Source: an uncultured Pseudomonadota bacterium (lineage in GTDB: Bacteria > Myxococcota_A > Polyangia > Fen-1088). From it: a stretch of 64,000 nt of DNA. A model generated the notes under the pieces. The model was not told the origin of the DNA, ran no database searches, and saw nothing but the letters and a program-made list of their open reading frames with translations. Positions 39,523 through 48,514 of the stretch are shown here, one piece after another (within the stretch, counting starts at the first letter, position 1; every line of letters begins with the position of its first letter). The stretch covers positions 108,003 to 172,002 of the forward strand of contig CAWKBC010000040.1 of NCBI GenBank assembly GCA_963847705.1. The letters are read 5' to 3'. A program made the position numbers and the translations under genes.

Positions 39523-40485
39523 ATGCGCAACGAGGGCGGGCATGGGGGGATGGCAGGAATCGCCGGGCAGGGGGGAATCGCCCGACAAAGCGGGAGCTTG
39601 CGGCGCGACAACATCGTGAAGCTGATCCGCCACGAGCTGAACACGCCGCTGGCCACCGCGCTGCTCTATCTCGGGATCGCCGAGGGCTCCGCCGCGGCAC
39701 TCCCGGGGGGAGTTGTGCACTCTGCCTTACGGGTGGCGCGCGCGGAGGTCCAGCGGCTCAAAACATTGCTCGACACCGTGACCGAGCTCGAATGTGTCGG
39801 TTACGCAACCCCCCGGCCGCGCTCAATCAATGTCGGGGAGGCCGTTCGAGCGACCGTTCAACGATTGGTTGCCGTTCGCGACACGGCGAGAGTCAGGGTG
39901 GTCACACTCGGCGATCTGCAGGGGTGGTGGGATCGATCGATGGTCGAGCAGATCGTCGGCAATCTTCTCTCGAATGCCTTGAAGTTCGGCCTCGGGCGCC
40001 CGATTCGAATCGACGTCAAACCGGCGGAGTATGGCGTTCACATCTCGGTTCGCGATCAGGGGATCGGCGTGGCCGCCGCCGACCAGGAATGGATCTTCGA
40101 GCGCAACAGGCACGCCACGCCCGAGGAAGGGGGTGGGCTCGGTCTCGGGCTCTGGCTCGTTCGCGAGCTCGCCTCGGCGCACGGGGGATGGGTGACCCTG
40201 GAGAGCCGGAAAGGCCGGGGGTCGACCTTCACCGTGTTTTTGCGGACGCAGCGGTCTTTGACCCAGACGGGGACCGATGCGGGCCTGGGGACGGGCGTTC
40301 GGTTGCGGGGGACCAACTGGCAAGCGCGGGACGCACGGCCCCACAGGAAGACCCCGTTGCTGGCCCGCCGGGCGAGTGACGAGCACCCCAGGGCCTCGAC
40401 GGCGACGTCTCCGTCGCTGGCCGGGGGCTTGACCACCAATGTCCCCTCGAGGGCCCGAAGGCCGCTCGAGGCGCTGTCACTCTGA
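39523..40485 (+). CDS. Sensor-less histidine kinase (HisKA + HATPase) with low-complexity C-terminal tail
   Basis: IRHELNTPL within the first ~45 aa; NLLSNALKF, DQGIGV, GLGLGL, GRGSTF. Confidence 0.82.
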   Translation: MRNEGGHGGMAGIAGQGGIARQSGSLRRDNIVKLIRHELNTPLATALLYLGIAEGSAAALPGGVVHSALRVARAEVQRLKTLLDTVTELECVGYATPRPRSINVGEAVRATVQRLVAVRDTARVRVVTLGDLQGWWDRSMVEQIVGNLLSNALKFGLGRPIRIDVKPAEYGVHISVRDQGIGVAAADQEWIFERNRHATPEEGGGLGLGLWLVRELASAHGGWVTLESRKGRGSTFTVFLRTQRSLTQTGTDAGLGTGVRLRGTNWQARDARPHRKTPLLARRASDEHPRASTATSPSLAGGLTTNVPSRARRPLEALSL

Positions 40486-40700
40486 CGGGCCGCCACCGAT
40501 TGGCCGGCCTCTGCCTCCGTGACCGACCCCGCCTTTCCGCGTCCGGCTCAATGGCGATCGATTATGTCAAATTTGTTACGAAGCCCCGGGTGTAGGGAAA
40601 TGCCTGATCTTTGATTGCGAGGCCCCAAAGCACCCATGACTTGGCTATAAATTGCGTTCCCCAAAACTGTCTGCATTTCTCCCCTGGAGCCTTTCCGAAC

Positions 40701-41387
40701 ATGAAAATTGTCCTGGTCGACGATCACACGCTGTTCCGCGTGGGCGTGCGCCATGTCCTCGCCACGCCGCCCGGCTTCGAGGTAATTGGAGAGGCAAGCA
40801 CCGCACGTGGTGCGTTTCGTCTCATCGACGCCATGGTCCCTGATCTGGTGCTGATGGACATCGCCCTGCCAGGGATGGACGGGGTCCTCGCCACCCGCGA
40901 GATCGGCCGGCGCGCTCCCCGGGCGCGCGTGCTGATCGTGAGCGCGCATGATCAGGTCAATGACGTCCTCGACGCGCTCGATGCGGGAGCTGCAGGTTAC
41001 GCGCTCAAGAGCGACGGCCCGGAGACGCTGGTGGAGGCGATTCACGCGGTCAGCAAGGGGCATCGCTACGTGGCGCCCACGCTGGCGCCCCGCCTGGCGG
41101 CGTTCGAGGCGCGCCGGCGCAACGCCAGCGATGTCCTCGGAATCCTCTCGCCCCGCGAGCGGGAGGTCTTTCGACTGGCCTCCGAGTGCGTGATTGCGCG
41201 CGACATGGCCAAGGAGCTCTGCATCGCCCGCAAGACGGTCGACAGCCATCTCAACCGGATCAACCGCAAGCTGGGGCTGCGCAACATGGCGGAGCTCGTT
41301 CGGCTGGCGGCCAACCTGGGGATGCTCCACTCCGCGCGATCGTCACGGGCCGCGGCGCACACCGACGACCGCGAAGCCGACGCCTAG
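40701..41387 (+). CDS. NarL/FixJ (LuxR-HTH) response regulator, paralogue of 38815..39522
   Basis: IVLVDDHTLFR, MDIALPGMDG, GYALK, LSPREREV...IARKTVDSH...KLG. Confidence 0.92.
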   Translation: MKIVLVDDHTLFRVGVRHVLATPPGFEVIGEASTARGAFRLIDAMVPDLVLMDIALPGMDGVLATREIGRRAPRARVLIVSAHDQVNDVLDALDAGAAGYALKSDGPETLVEAIHAVSKGHRYVAPTLAPRLAAFEARRRNASDVLGILSPREREVFRLASECVIARDMAKELCIARKTVDSHLNRINRKLGLRNMAELVRLAANLGMLHSARSSRAAAHTDDREADA

Positions 41388-41531
41388 ACGCCAGACGCCA
41401 GACGATCGAGGAGACCGCCTCCGACGGTCGAGCCGCTCAGTTCGATCGCCGCTGTCGCGACAAAGTGAGGCGACGGCGGATTCGCCCGGACCGGGCCCCC
41501 GTCGACGCGCGCGGCTGCCTACGTTGACAGC

Positions 41532-42320
41532 ATGTCACTGTTGCGGCGATCGACGGCCGAGTTCGTGGGGACGTTCTGGTTGGTGTTTGGCGGCTGCGGC
41601 AGCGCGGTCCTGGCCGCGGCCTTTCCCGGTCTGGGGATCGGTTTCGCCGGCGTGGCGCTGGCGTTCGGCCTGACCGTGCTGACCATGGTCGGCGCGCTGG
41701 GCCCGATCTCGGGGGGGCACTTCAACCCGGCGATCTCGGTGGGCCTCTGGGCGGGCGGTCGGTTCCCGAGCCGTGATCTGCCGGCCTACATCGTCGCGCA
41801 GGTGGCGGGTGGGATCGTCGCCGGCGCGGTCCTCTACCTCATCGCCTCCGGTGCGCCGGGCTTCAGCTTGGCCGGAGGTTTCGCCGCCAATGGGTACGGC
41901 GCGCACTCGCCCGGGCACTACGCGCTCCCCGCAGCGGCGCTCTGCGAGACCGTGCTGACCGCCGGGTTCGTCCTGGTGGTCATGGGCGCGACCGATCCGT
42001 CCCGGTCGATCGCCGGGTTCGCCCCGATCATCATCGGCTTGGCGCTGACGCTGATCCACCTCATCAGCATCCCGGTGACCAACACCTCGGTGAACCCGGC
42101 GCGCAGCACCGGCGTGGCGCTCTACGCGGGGTCCTGGGCGGTCGGGCAGCTCTGGCTGTTCTGGCTGGCGCCCATCGTCGGTGGCGCGCTGGGGGGGCTC
42201 GGCTACCGGGCGCTGGTCGATACGCGCCGCGCGCCGCTTCAGAACCGGCGTTCGAGCCCGAAGTCGATGGTCGGCCCGAAGGACATCGCCGAGGGGCCGC
42301 ACGGAATCACCGCCTCGTAG
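41532..42320 (+). CDS. aqpZ: Aquaporin Z
   Basis: [61 protein letters not shown]. Confidence 0.96.
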   Translation: MSLLRRSTAEFVGTFWLVFGGCGSAVLAAAFPGLGIGFAGVALAFGLTVLTMVGALGPISGGHFNPAISVGLWAGGRFPSRDLPAYIVAQVAGGIVAGAVLYLIASGAPGFSLAGGFAANGYGAHSPGHYALPAAALCETVLTAGFVLVVMGATDPSRSIAGFAPIIIGLALTLIHLISIPVTNTSVNPARSTGVALYAGSWAVGQLWLFWLAPIVGGALGGLGYRALVDTRRAPLQNRRSSPKSMVGPKDIAEGPHGITAS

Positions 42321-43039
42321 TTGCAGCCCCCCTGGTCGCTGACCCAGGCGGCGCCGAGGCCCGCGCTGATGAACCAGGTGCCGGGACCTCCGTCGCCGCG
42401 CACCCGATCGCGAAGCCCGACGGTGGTGAACGCCCAGGCCTGCAGGTTGAGGCCGCCGTCGATCTGCAGCGACAGGCGCTCGGTCAGCGGAATCCGCAGC
42501 GTTCCGATGATGTTCGAAAAGCCGATCGTCCGCTGGCCGGTGTACTGGTTGGCGGCGACCGAGTAGGCGTACTCGACCGACAGGCTGAGACCGTCGCGCC
42601 GTCCGAGGCGCAGCGTGGGCGCGATCGAGAGGCCGTTGCGCCCGAAGCGCTGGAGCTGGCCGCCGACGCCCAGCCCAACCGCCAGGTAGCGGAGGTTCAG
42701 CGCGGCGGTGAGGCGCGCCTGGGCCAGCGCGCCCGTGCCGTCGCCGCTGGAGACCAGCGCCACCGGCGTCAACTCGATCCCCAGCGTCAGCGGGAACCGG
42801 AAGTCGTGCTCGAACCGGGCCTCGCCCAGGCCGCCCCAGCTGTTGCTGGTCAGCCCGAGGAACGGCTGGACCTTCAGCTCGAACCGGTTCAGCTCCGTGG
42901 AGGCCGGCGTCGGCGGAGGCGGGGCCACGCGGGCAATTGCTTGCACACCACCGGGCGCTCCGTCGGACGTTGCGTCGACGTCGACCGCGGTCGTCGAGAC
43001 CAAGGCCGCCAGGAGAGAGAGTGTGAGCGTCCCCGTCAT
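42239..43039 (-). CDS. Hypothetical secreted outer-membrane beta-barrel-like protein
   Basis: Signal peptide, alternating beta strands, terminal Phe (DFGLERRF); 12 nt downstream of the phosphoesterase. Confidence 0.65.
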   Translation of the reverse strand: MTGTLTLSLLAALVSTTAVDVDATSDGAPGGVQAIARVAPPPPTPASTELNRFELKVQPFLGLTSNSWGGLGEARFEHDFRFPLTLGIELTPVALVSSGDGTGALAQARLTAALNLRYLAVGLGVGGQLQRFGRNGLSIAPTLRLGRRDGLSLSVEYAYSVAANQYTGQRTIGFSNIIGTLRIPLTERLSLQIDGGLNLQAWAFTTVGLRDRVRGDGGPGTWFISAGLGAAWVSDQGGCNYEAVIPCGPSAMSFGPTIDFGLERRF

Positions 43040-43051
43040 CCGGTCATCCCC

Positions 43052-44467
43052 TCATCCGACGACGCGAACCGCTTCCAGGGCTTGCGCGTGGCGCAGCCAG
43101 GCCTGCAGCCGCTCGTCGGGCCCGCGCGGATCGACGTGATGGGACGGCAGGCCGCCCGCCCGCGCCAGCGCCTCGAGCTCCGGCTGGCTGGTCGACCGGA
43201 AGGGAGCGCTCTGGATCACCGAGGCGGGGATCTCGATCGTCGGCGGCAGCGCGGCGACAGGCGTCATCACCGAGGCGCGATCGGGATCGATGCAGGCCGA
43301 GAGATCGGCGGCGGCGTCCATGCGCGGGCCGAGGCTGGCGATCCCGAATCGCGTCGCCAGCGTCGCCAGGATGGAGACGTGCTCGTAGGGAGTCGAGACG
43401 ACCGCCCCCTGGCGCACCTGCGGCCCCACCACCAGCGCCGGCACGCGAAAGCCGATCTGACGGAAGTCGGGATCGTCGTCGGGGACCGTCGGCGGCGGAA
43501 CGTGATCGTAATAGCCGCCGTGCTCGTCGAACATGATGACCAGGAGCGCGCGCGGCCAGTGGACGCTGGCCACCAGCGCGCGGTGAATGCTGCTCAGAAA
43601 GGCCTCGGCCAGGCTGAAATCGAAGGGGGGATGGCCGTCGTTGACGTTGAAGTCGGGATCGATGATCGAGAAGCTGGGGAGCGCGCCGCGCGCGGCGTCG
43701 GTGAAGAAATGATCGATCGTCTGCGGTGCGACCGCGTCGTTGCCCGAGAAGCTGTTGGCCGGGAAGGTGACGCTGTACCAGGGGACGCTCCCCGCGTAGT
43801 AGTAGCTGGCCGGGACGCAGCGCTCGGCCAGCCGCTGCCAGACCGTCGGCGGCGGGTTGAGCCCCATCGGCAGGTTGGTCTTGTGGCCCGCGGCCGTGGC
43901 GGCGTGAAGGTAATAACGGTTGGGCCAGGTCGGTCCCATCACCGAAGAGAACCAGCGGTCACAAACGGCGTACTGGTCACACAGGCTGTAGAGAAACGGC
44001 ACCGTGGCGCGCTGGTGGAAGCTCATCACCTCGGCCTGGTTGGGGCCGGGGTTGACGATGGCGAAGCCGTCGTTGCGGCCGCCGTTGAACGCCCGATGCG
44101 AGGAGTCCCAGTCGTGCTTGGGGTCGAGCTTGGAGACTTCGGCCGGCGCCAGGTTGACCGTCACCGGCAGACCAGCACTGTCGAGGTTGGTCTCGGTTCC
44201 GGTCAGCCCGTCCACGAGCTTGGCCCCCGGATAGCTGGGATCGGTGGCCAGCGCGCCGAACAGATGATCGAACGAGCGGTTCTCCATCATCACGACGACG
44301 ATGGTGTCGATCCCCGAGAGCAGCCCCGGCGCGGCCCCGGCGGCGATTGGACCGGGCGGGCAGCGATCGGCGCCCGTCCCACAAGCGTCCAGCCCGAGAG
44401 CGAACGCTCCCGCGCCGAGCCCCAGCTTCAATGCTGCGCGACGCGTGAGCTGATCCGTTCTTGCCAT
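43052..44467 (-). CDS. Tat-exported phosphoesterase / phospholipase C family protein
   Basis: TRRAALK Tat motif + LDAC; IDTIVVVMMENRSFDH, WFSSVMGPTWPNR, FDEHGGYYDHVPPP, GFRVP, EHVSIL. Confidence 0.9.
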   Translation of the reverse strand: MARTDQLTRRAALKLGLGAGAFALGLDACGTGADRCPPGPIAAGAAPGLLSGIDTIVVVMMENRSFDHLFGALATDPSYPGAKLVDGLTGTETNLDSAGLPVTVNLAPAEVSKLDPKHDWDSSHRAFNGGRNDGFAIVNPGPNQAEVMSFHQRATVPFLYSLCDQYAVCDRWFSSVMGPTWPNRYYLHAATAAGHKTNLPMGLNPPPTVWQRLAERCVPASYYYAGSVPWYSVTFPANSFSGNDAVAPQTIDHFFTDAARGALPSFSIIDPDFNVNDGHPPFDFSLAEAFLSSIHRALVASVHWPRALLVIMFDEHGGYYDHVPPPTVPDDDPDFRQIGFRVPALVVGPQVRQGAVVSTPYEHVSILATLATRFGIASLGPRMDAAADLSACIDPDRASVMTPVAALPPTIEIPASVIQSAPFRSTSQPELEALARAGGLPSHHVDPRGPDERLQAWLRHAQALEAVRVVG

Positions 44468-44573
44468 TCCGACTTCACCGCCTGAATCGACCCGATCCGT
44501 GAGGCGGCGTCTGATTGTTCGAGACGCACTCTTGTGCTGCAAGCTCGGCCAGCGTGGTTTTCTCAGCCGACCC

Positions 44574-44614
44574 GCAAGCGCCGGGCGCACTCCGACCGGC
44601 AAGCGCCGGGCGCA
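44574..44614. repeat. 16-bp direct repeat pair in a divergent intergenic region
   Basis: GCAAGCGCCGGGCGCA at 44574-44589 and 44599-44614. Confidence 0.75.
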
Positions 44615-44900
44615 TTGGTGACGCACGCAACGGGCCTGACGTTGCCCGCCCTGTTCGCATCCGCACCTTCGGCTTCTGTGATCCCTGCCGGTGCCCCGCT
44701 CGCCCTGTGAACGATGGAAGCCGTGCCCGTGGTTCCTCTGTCGCCGATCCCCGACGCTCCGGTGCCTCGCCCGGCGCACCCTTGCCTGCGCACGGCGTTC
44801 GAGGTGCTCCTGGTCATCGGCGTGGGGGCCATCTGCACCGAGAGGCCGGTGCTGGTGGGACGGGCGCGCGCCGCCCGTGATAAGAAAATCCTGCGCGGCG

Positions 44901-45425
44901 ATGTGGGCACCGATCTTGGCGATGGTTTTGGCGACGGAGCTTCCGGCCCCCGCCGCCGAGGCGCCGCCCCGTGACCCGGCACCGGTCGGCTTCATCGCGG
45001 GCGCGGCCACCGCCATCGTGCCGCTGATTGTCGGCGGTTCGCTGATGGCCGAGGACCAGTCGCCCAGGCTCGAGGCGGCCGGGTTCATCGTGATGGCCTC
45101 GGGGTTCGCGCTCGCGCCCTGGGTCGCGCACGGCCTCGAGGGGTCATGGAGACGCGCCGCGATCTATGGCGGCCTCTCGCTGGCGCTCTCGGCCGGCGCG
45201 GTGGCGGAGATGGAGGCGAGCGCCGCCTTCGAGCGCCGCGTGGGCAACAAGCAGCGAATCCCGACCAAGATCCTCCTGCCGCTGGCGATGGGGAGCGCGA
45301 TGCTGGGCGTCGTGATGAGCCTGTTCGACCACGACCTGGCCGAGCCGCCCCCGCGGCTCTCATTGTGGCTGGCGCCCGCCGGAGGGGGGTTCGCGACCGG
45401 GCTCGGCTGGAGCGCGCCGCTTTGA
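44901..45425 (+). CDS. Hypothetical membrane protein
   Basis: ATG 44901 within track ORF 44691..45425; several hydrophobic segments; stop overlaps the next TTG. Confidence 0.6.
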   Translation: MWAPILAMVLATELPAPAAEAPPRDPAPVGFIAGAATAIVPLIVGGSLMAEDQSPRLEAAGFIVMASGFALAPWVAHGLEGSWRRAAIYGGLSLALSAGAVAEMEASAAFERRVGNKQRIPTKILLPLAMGSAMLGVVMSLFDHDLAEPPPRLSLWLAPAGGGFATGLGWSAPL

Positions 45426-45673
45426 AGCGCGGGTGGACCGGGAGGGGCCGCTCGCTGCCTGGCGTCCTGGTGACCGCGTCGCTGGTGATCGCGCTCGTGG
45501 CCGGCGGGTGCGCCATGGTCCCCCAGAACCGGCGCAAGCACCTGGCGGACCCCTTGATGAGCGCCGACGGCGACCCGCTGCTGAACGCCAGCAGGCGGAA
45601 GCTCTACACCTCGCGCGAGTCGGCGGGAGGCGGCGACGCGGCGCCGGCCGGGGGCGGATGCGGCTGTCAGTAA
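45422..45673 (+). CDS. DUF4266-family small lipoprotein
   Basis: TTGA overlap start; lipobox AGGC; RRKHLADPLM...SRESAGGG...GGGCGCQ C-terminus. Confidence 0.85.
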   Translation: MKRGWTGRGRSLPGVLVTASLVIALVAGGCAMVPQNRRKHLADPLMSADGDPLLNASRRKLYTSRESAGGGDAAPAGGGCGCQ

Positions 45674-46872
45674 TTGCAGCCGCCGCCACGCTCGGCTTCG
45701 TCTGCCCCTCACCCACGCGCGGCGCGCCGATGCTCGCGGCGCCCCCGCTCCCGCCCCCGATCGACGAGCCGGTGATCGTCCACGCACCCGCGTATGAGAT
45801 CCGGTTGATCGCGCTGCGCTTCACCTACTTCGATCAGGACGGCCTCGGCTACCAATCGGCGGCCGGCCCGGCCTCCGGACCCGGCTCGGAGCGCACCACC
45901 ATCGCCCAGCCGCAGAACGAGGTGGTGGCGACGCTCGGCGATCGCCTGACCGAGCGGATCGTCACCTCCGTCGACGTCATCACCGCCGCGTCGCCCAACC
46001 ACAAGCTCTACGGGCTTCCCGTGGGGACCCCGGTCGACGCGATCAGCTCGCCGTCGCGGATCAACGAAGCGGGGCAGATCGACTCCGACACCACCTACGC
46101 CTGGAGCCGCACCACCAACCTCGGCGTTCACGCCGACTATCACCTGGAGGAGCCGCTCGAGTCCTGGGGGCTCGGCATGTTCGCCACGCACTCGTTCGCC
46201 GACGACAACACCGTCTTGTCGGCCAGCCTGTTCCAGCTCATCGACTGGTTCGACTATTTCAACCTCGACGGCAAACGCTACGGCCGCGACGTGCGCACCA
46301 CCAGCAACGTCAATCTCGGCATCACCCAGCTGCTGACGCCGACGACGATCGCCCTCGCCAGCTACGGCTTCACCACGCAGGGCGGGACGCTGACCAACAC
46401 CTGGAACAGCGTGCCCCTCACCGACGGGACGCGCGGCACGGAGCTCGTCCCGCGCCGGCGCGACAGGCACGCCCTCTCGGGGCGTCTCGTGCAGTGGCTC
46501 CCCTGGCAAGGGGCGCTCAGGCTCGGCTACCGCTTCTACGCCGACAGCTGGGGCTCGGTCGCGCACACCGTGGACGCCAACGTCTCGCAGCGGGTGGGGC
46601 GGCTGACGCTCGACCTCGGCGCGCGCTACCACCGGCAGTCGGCGGTCGACTTCTTCGGCATCGCGTTCGATCCCGCCGGCACCGGGTTTCGCACGGCCGA
46701 CAGCGATCTGGCTGCCTTCAACGCCCACGCCATCTCGGCGGGCGCACGCTGGGATCAGCCGATCGGCCGCCGCGGACAGCAGATGTATTTCGCGCTGACC
46801 GGCGAGCGCTACGTCCGCTCCAATGATCTGCACGTCGACTTCGTCAGCGGCGCGGTAGGATGGCAGCAATGA
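45658..46872 (+). CDS. DUF3570-family outer-membrane beta-barrel protein
   Basis: Start overlaps the GCGC codons of DUF4266; DVITAAS, VDAISSPSR, YRFYADSWG..AHT, RYHRQSAVDFF, TADSDLAAF. Confidence 0.8.
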   Translation: MRLSVIAAAATLGFVCPSPTRGAPMLAAPPLPPPIDEPVIVHAPAYEIRLIALRFTYFDQDGLGYQSAAGPASGPGSERTTIAQPQNEVVATLGDRLTERIVTSVDVITAASPNHKLYGLPVGTPVDAISSPSRINEAGQIDSDTTYAWSRTTNLGVHADYHLEEPLESWGLGMFATHSFADDNTVLSASLFQLIDWFDYFNLDGKRYGRDVRTTSNVNLGITQLLTPTTIALASYGFTTQGGTLTNTWNSVPLTDGTRGTELVPRRRDRHALSGRLVQWLPWQGALRLGYRFYADSWGSVAHTVDANVSQRVGRLTLDLGARYHRQSAVDFFGIAFDPAGTGFRTADSDLAAFNAHAISAGARWDQPIGRRGQQMYFALTGERYVRSNDLHVDFVSGAVGWQQ

Positions 46873-47432
46873 GCCGGCCCGGACTGCTCGTCGTGACGTT
46901 CGCGGTCGGTCTCACCGGCTGCGGAAATCCCGGCTGGCGCGGGGCGAGCGCGCCGGTGAGCGCACCCGCGGCCAGCGAATCGGGTTGGCAACAGATCACG
47001 CTCGCCGACCTCGACAGCCGCCCGGTCACGCTGGCCAAGGTGCTGGCAGGCCGCCCCGCGCTGGTGAACCTGTGGGCCCCTTGGTGCGAGCGCTGCAAGA
47101 CCGAGCTCCCGGATCTCGACCGCCTGTCGCGACGGCTCGAAGGCTGCGGCGTCATCGTCGGGGTGGCGGTGGGGGAGGACGCGCCCCACACGGCAGCCTT
47201 CGTGCATCAGCATGGGCTGGTCTATCCGCAGGTCGTCGACGAGGGCTTTCACCTGGCGGACGCGCTCCGGCAGAGCCGGGTCCCGACCACTCTGGTGGTC
47301 GACGGAGAAGGGTCGATCGTCCACGTCGGGTTGGCGCTCGACCAGGCGGCGGTCGGTGCGCTCGAGGCCGCGCTCAGCCGCGCGGACGCCGACGGGCACT
47401 GCAAAAGAAATCGGCTGGCCGCTCCGGGCTAG
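46869..47432 (+). CDS. TlpA/ResA-family thiol-disulfide oxidoreductase lipoprotein
   Basis: ATGA overlap; lipobox LTGC; LVNLWAPWCERCKTELP; VPTTLVVD. Confidence 0.9.
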   Translation: MSRPGLLVVTFAVGLTGCGNPGWRGASAPVSAPAASESGWQQITLADLDSRPVTLAKVLAGRPALVNLWAPWCERCKTELPDLDRLSRRLEGCGVIVGVAVGEDAPHTAAFVHQHGLVYPQVVDEGFHLADALRQSRVPTTLVVDGEGSIVHVGLALDQAAVGALEAALSRADADGHCKRNRLAAPG

Positions 47433-47460
47433 GCTGGGCTGGTGCGCCCGCAGCCGGCAC

Positions 47461-47503
47461 CCACGAACGTTCGTGGTGGGCCCGCCAAATTTCGTGGCCA
47501 CGA
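47461..47503. promoter_or_regulatory. Two perfect palindromes sharing the CCACGA/TCGTGG half-site
   Basis: CCACGAACGTTCGTGG (47461-47476) and TCGTGGCCACGA (47492-47503). Confidence 0.45.
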
Positions 47504-47599
47504 TGCAGCGAGCGACGAGGAGGCGACCCCCCCTCCGCAGAAACTGCCTCTTTTGCGGTGGGGTGGAGTCGAGTACATTATTTGCATCTTGGTAAGATC

Positions 47600-47788
47600 A
47601 TGTTCAGAGGCGTGAAGGTGTTTTCGGCGACGAAGGCGCGAGACCGTGAGGCTCTCGGCGAGAACGTGACGAGGTGGCTGGTCGATCATCCCCAGCTGCA
47701 GATCGTGGATAAGACGGTGACTCAGAGCTCGGACGCCGAGTTCCACTGTCTGACGATCACTCTGTTCTACGAAGCGCCCGCCGTCTGA
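47600..47788 (+). CDS. Small conserved myxobacterial-type hypothetical protein (62 aa)
   Basis: MFRGVKVFSATKARDREALGENVTRWL...VTQSSDAEFHCLTITLFY, a motif I recognise from Myxococcota; 3' end of track ORF 46985..47788. Confidence 0.8.
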   Translation: MFRGVKVFSATKARDREALGENVTRWLVDHPQLQIVDKTVTQSSDAEFHCLTITLFYEAPAV

Positions 47789-47874
47789 CGAGCGGCTCGC
47801 TGCTCGTGCTGCGCGGAGGGCCAGAGTGTCCTTCGTACAGACAGTCGTACGGTTTCCAGACACCGTGCGGTGAG

Positions 47875-48492
47875 TCAGACCCAGTTGTAGTTGAAGCTGA
47901 TGCTGACGCGCTCGCCGCGCGTGGGGTTGGAGGCGACCTCGTGCCGCAGCCAGCTCTCGAACAGGATCAGCTTCCCCGCGGCGACGTCGTAGGAGACCTG
48001 CTGGCGGTTTTCGGGCCGACAGGGGTCGCGCTTCGGTGGCGCGCCCATGAGCTTGTCGAGCCGCGGGTCCTCGAACCGCAGGCGGGAGGACCCCGGCGGC
48101 GTCGCCACGTAGTAGGTCCCGCTGACCACCGCCAGCGGGTGCAGGTGCAGCGAGTGGACCGCGTGCCGTGACATCACGTTCACCCAGCAGTCGGTCATGG
48201 CCAGCCGCGCGCCCTGCAGGTTCATGTCCAGCCGCCGCGCGAACCGGTTCACGTGGCGGCGGAGCTTCGCTTCCAGCTCGATGAAGGTCGAGAACGTCCG
48301 GTGGAGGTTGGTCATCGTCCCGTAAGAGGTGTATCCCGCGGGATAGTTCTTGCGGCACCAGCGCTGGCCGGCGCGATCGTGGGCACGGATCTTGTGGCAG
48401 TCCTCGAGCAGCGCCCGCGCGAAGGCGTCGTTGCCCCGCGGCTGCAAGGGGGAGTCGTAAATGAAGGTCGGGAACCAGGGTTTGATCGGCAT
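47875..48492 (-). CDS. TIGR02466-family putative 2OG-Fe(II) oxygenase
   Basis: GYTSY, WVN, HSLHLHP..VVSGTYYV, FEDPR, LFESWLRHEV, RVSISFNY. Confidence 0.9.
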   Translation of the reverse strand: MPIKPWFPTFIYDSPLQPRGNDAFARALLEDCHKIRAHDRAGQRWCRKNYPAGYTSYGTMTNLHRTFSTFIELEAKLRRHVNRFARRLDMNLQGARLAMTDCWVNVMSRHAVHSLHLHPLAVVSGTYYVATPPGSSRLRFEDPRLDKLMGAPPKRDPCRPENRQQVSYDVAAGKLILFESWLRHEVASNPTRGERVSISFNYNWV

Positions 48493-48514
48493 GGAAGGTG
48501 GCGCTTCGGCTCGG

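Noticed and set aside
44515-44974. Small ORFs 44515..44880 and 44714..44974
   Set aside because: No motif, weak coding signal, and overlap with repeats or the next gene; more likely promoter DNA.
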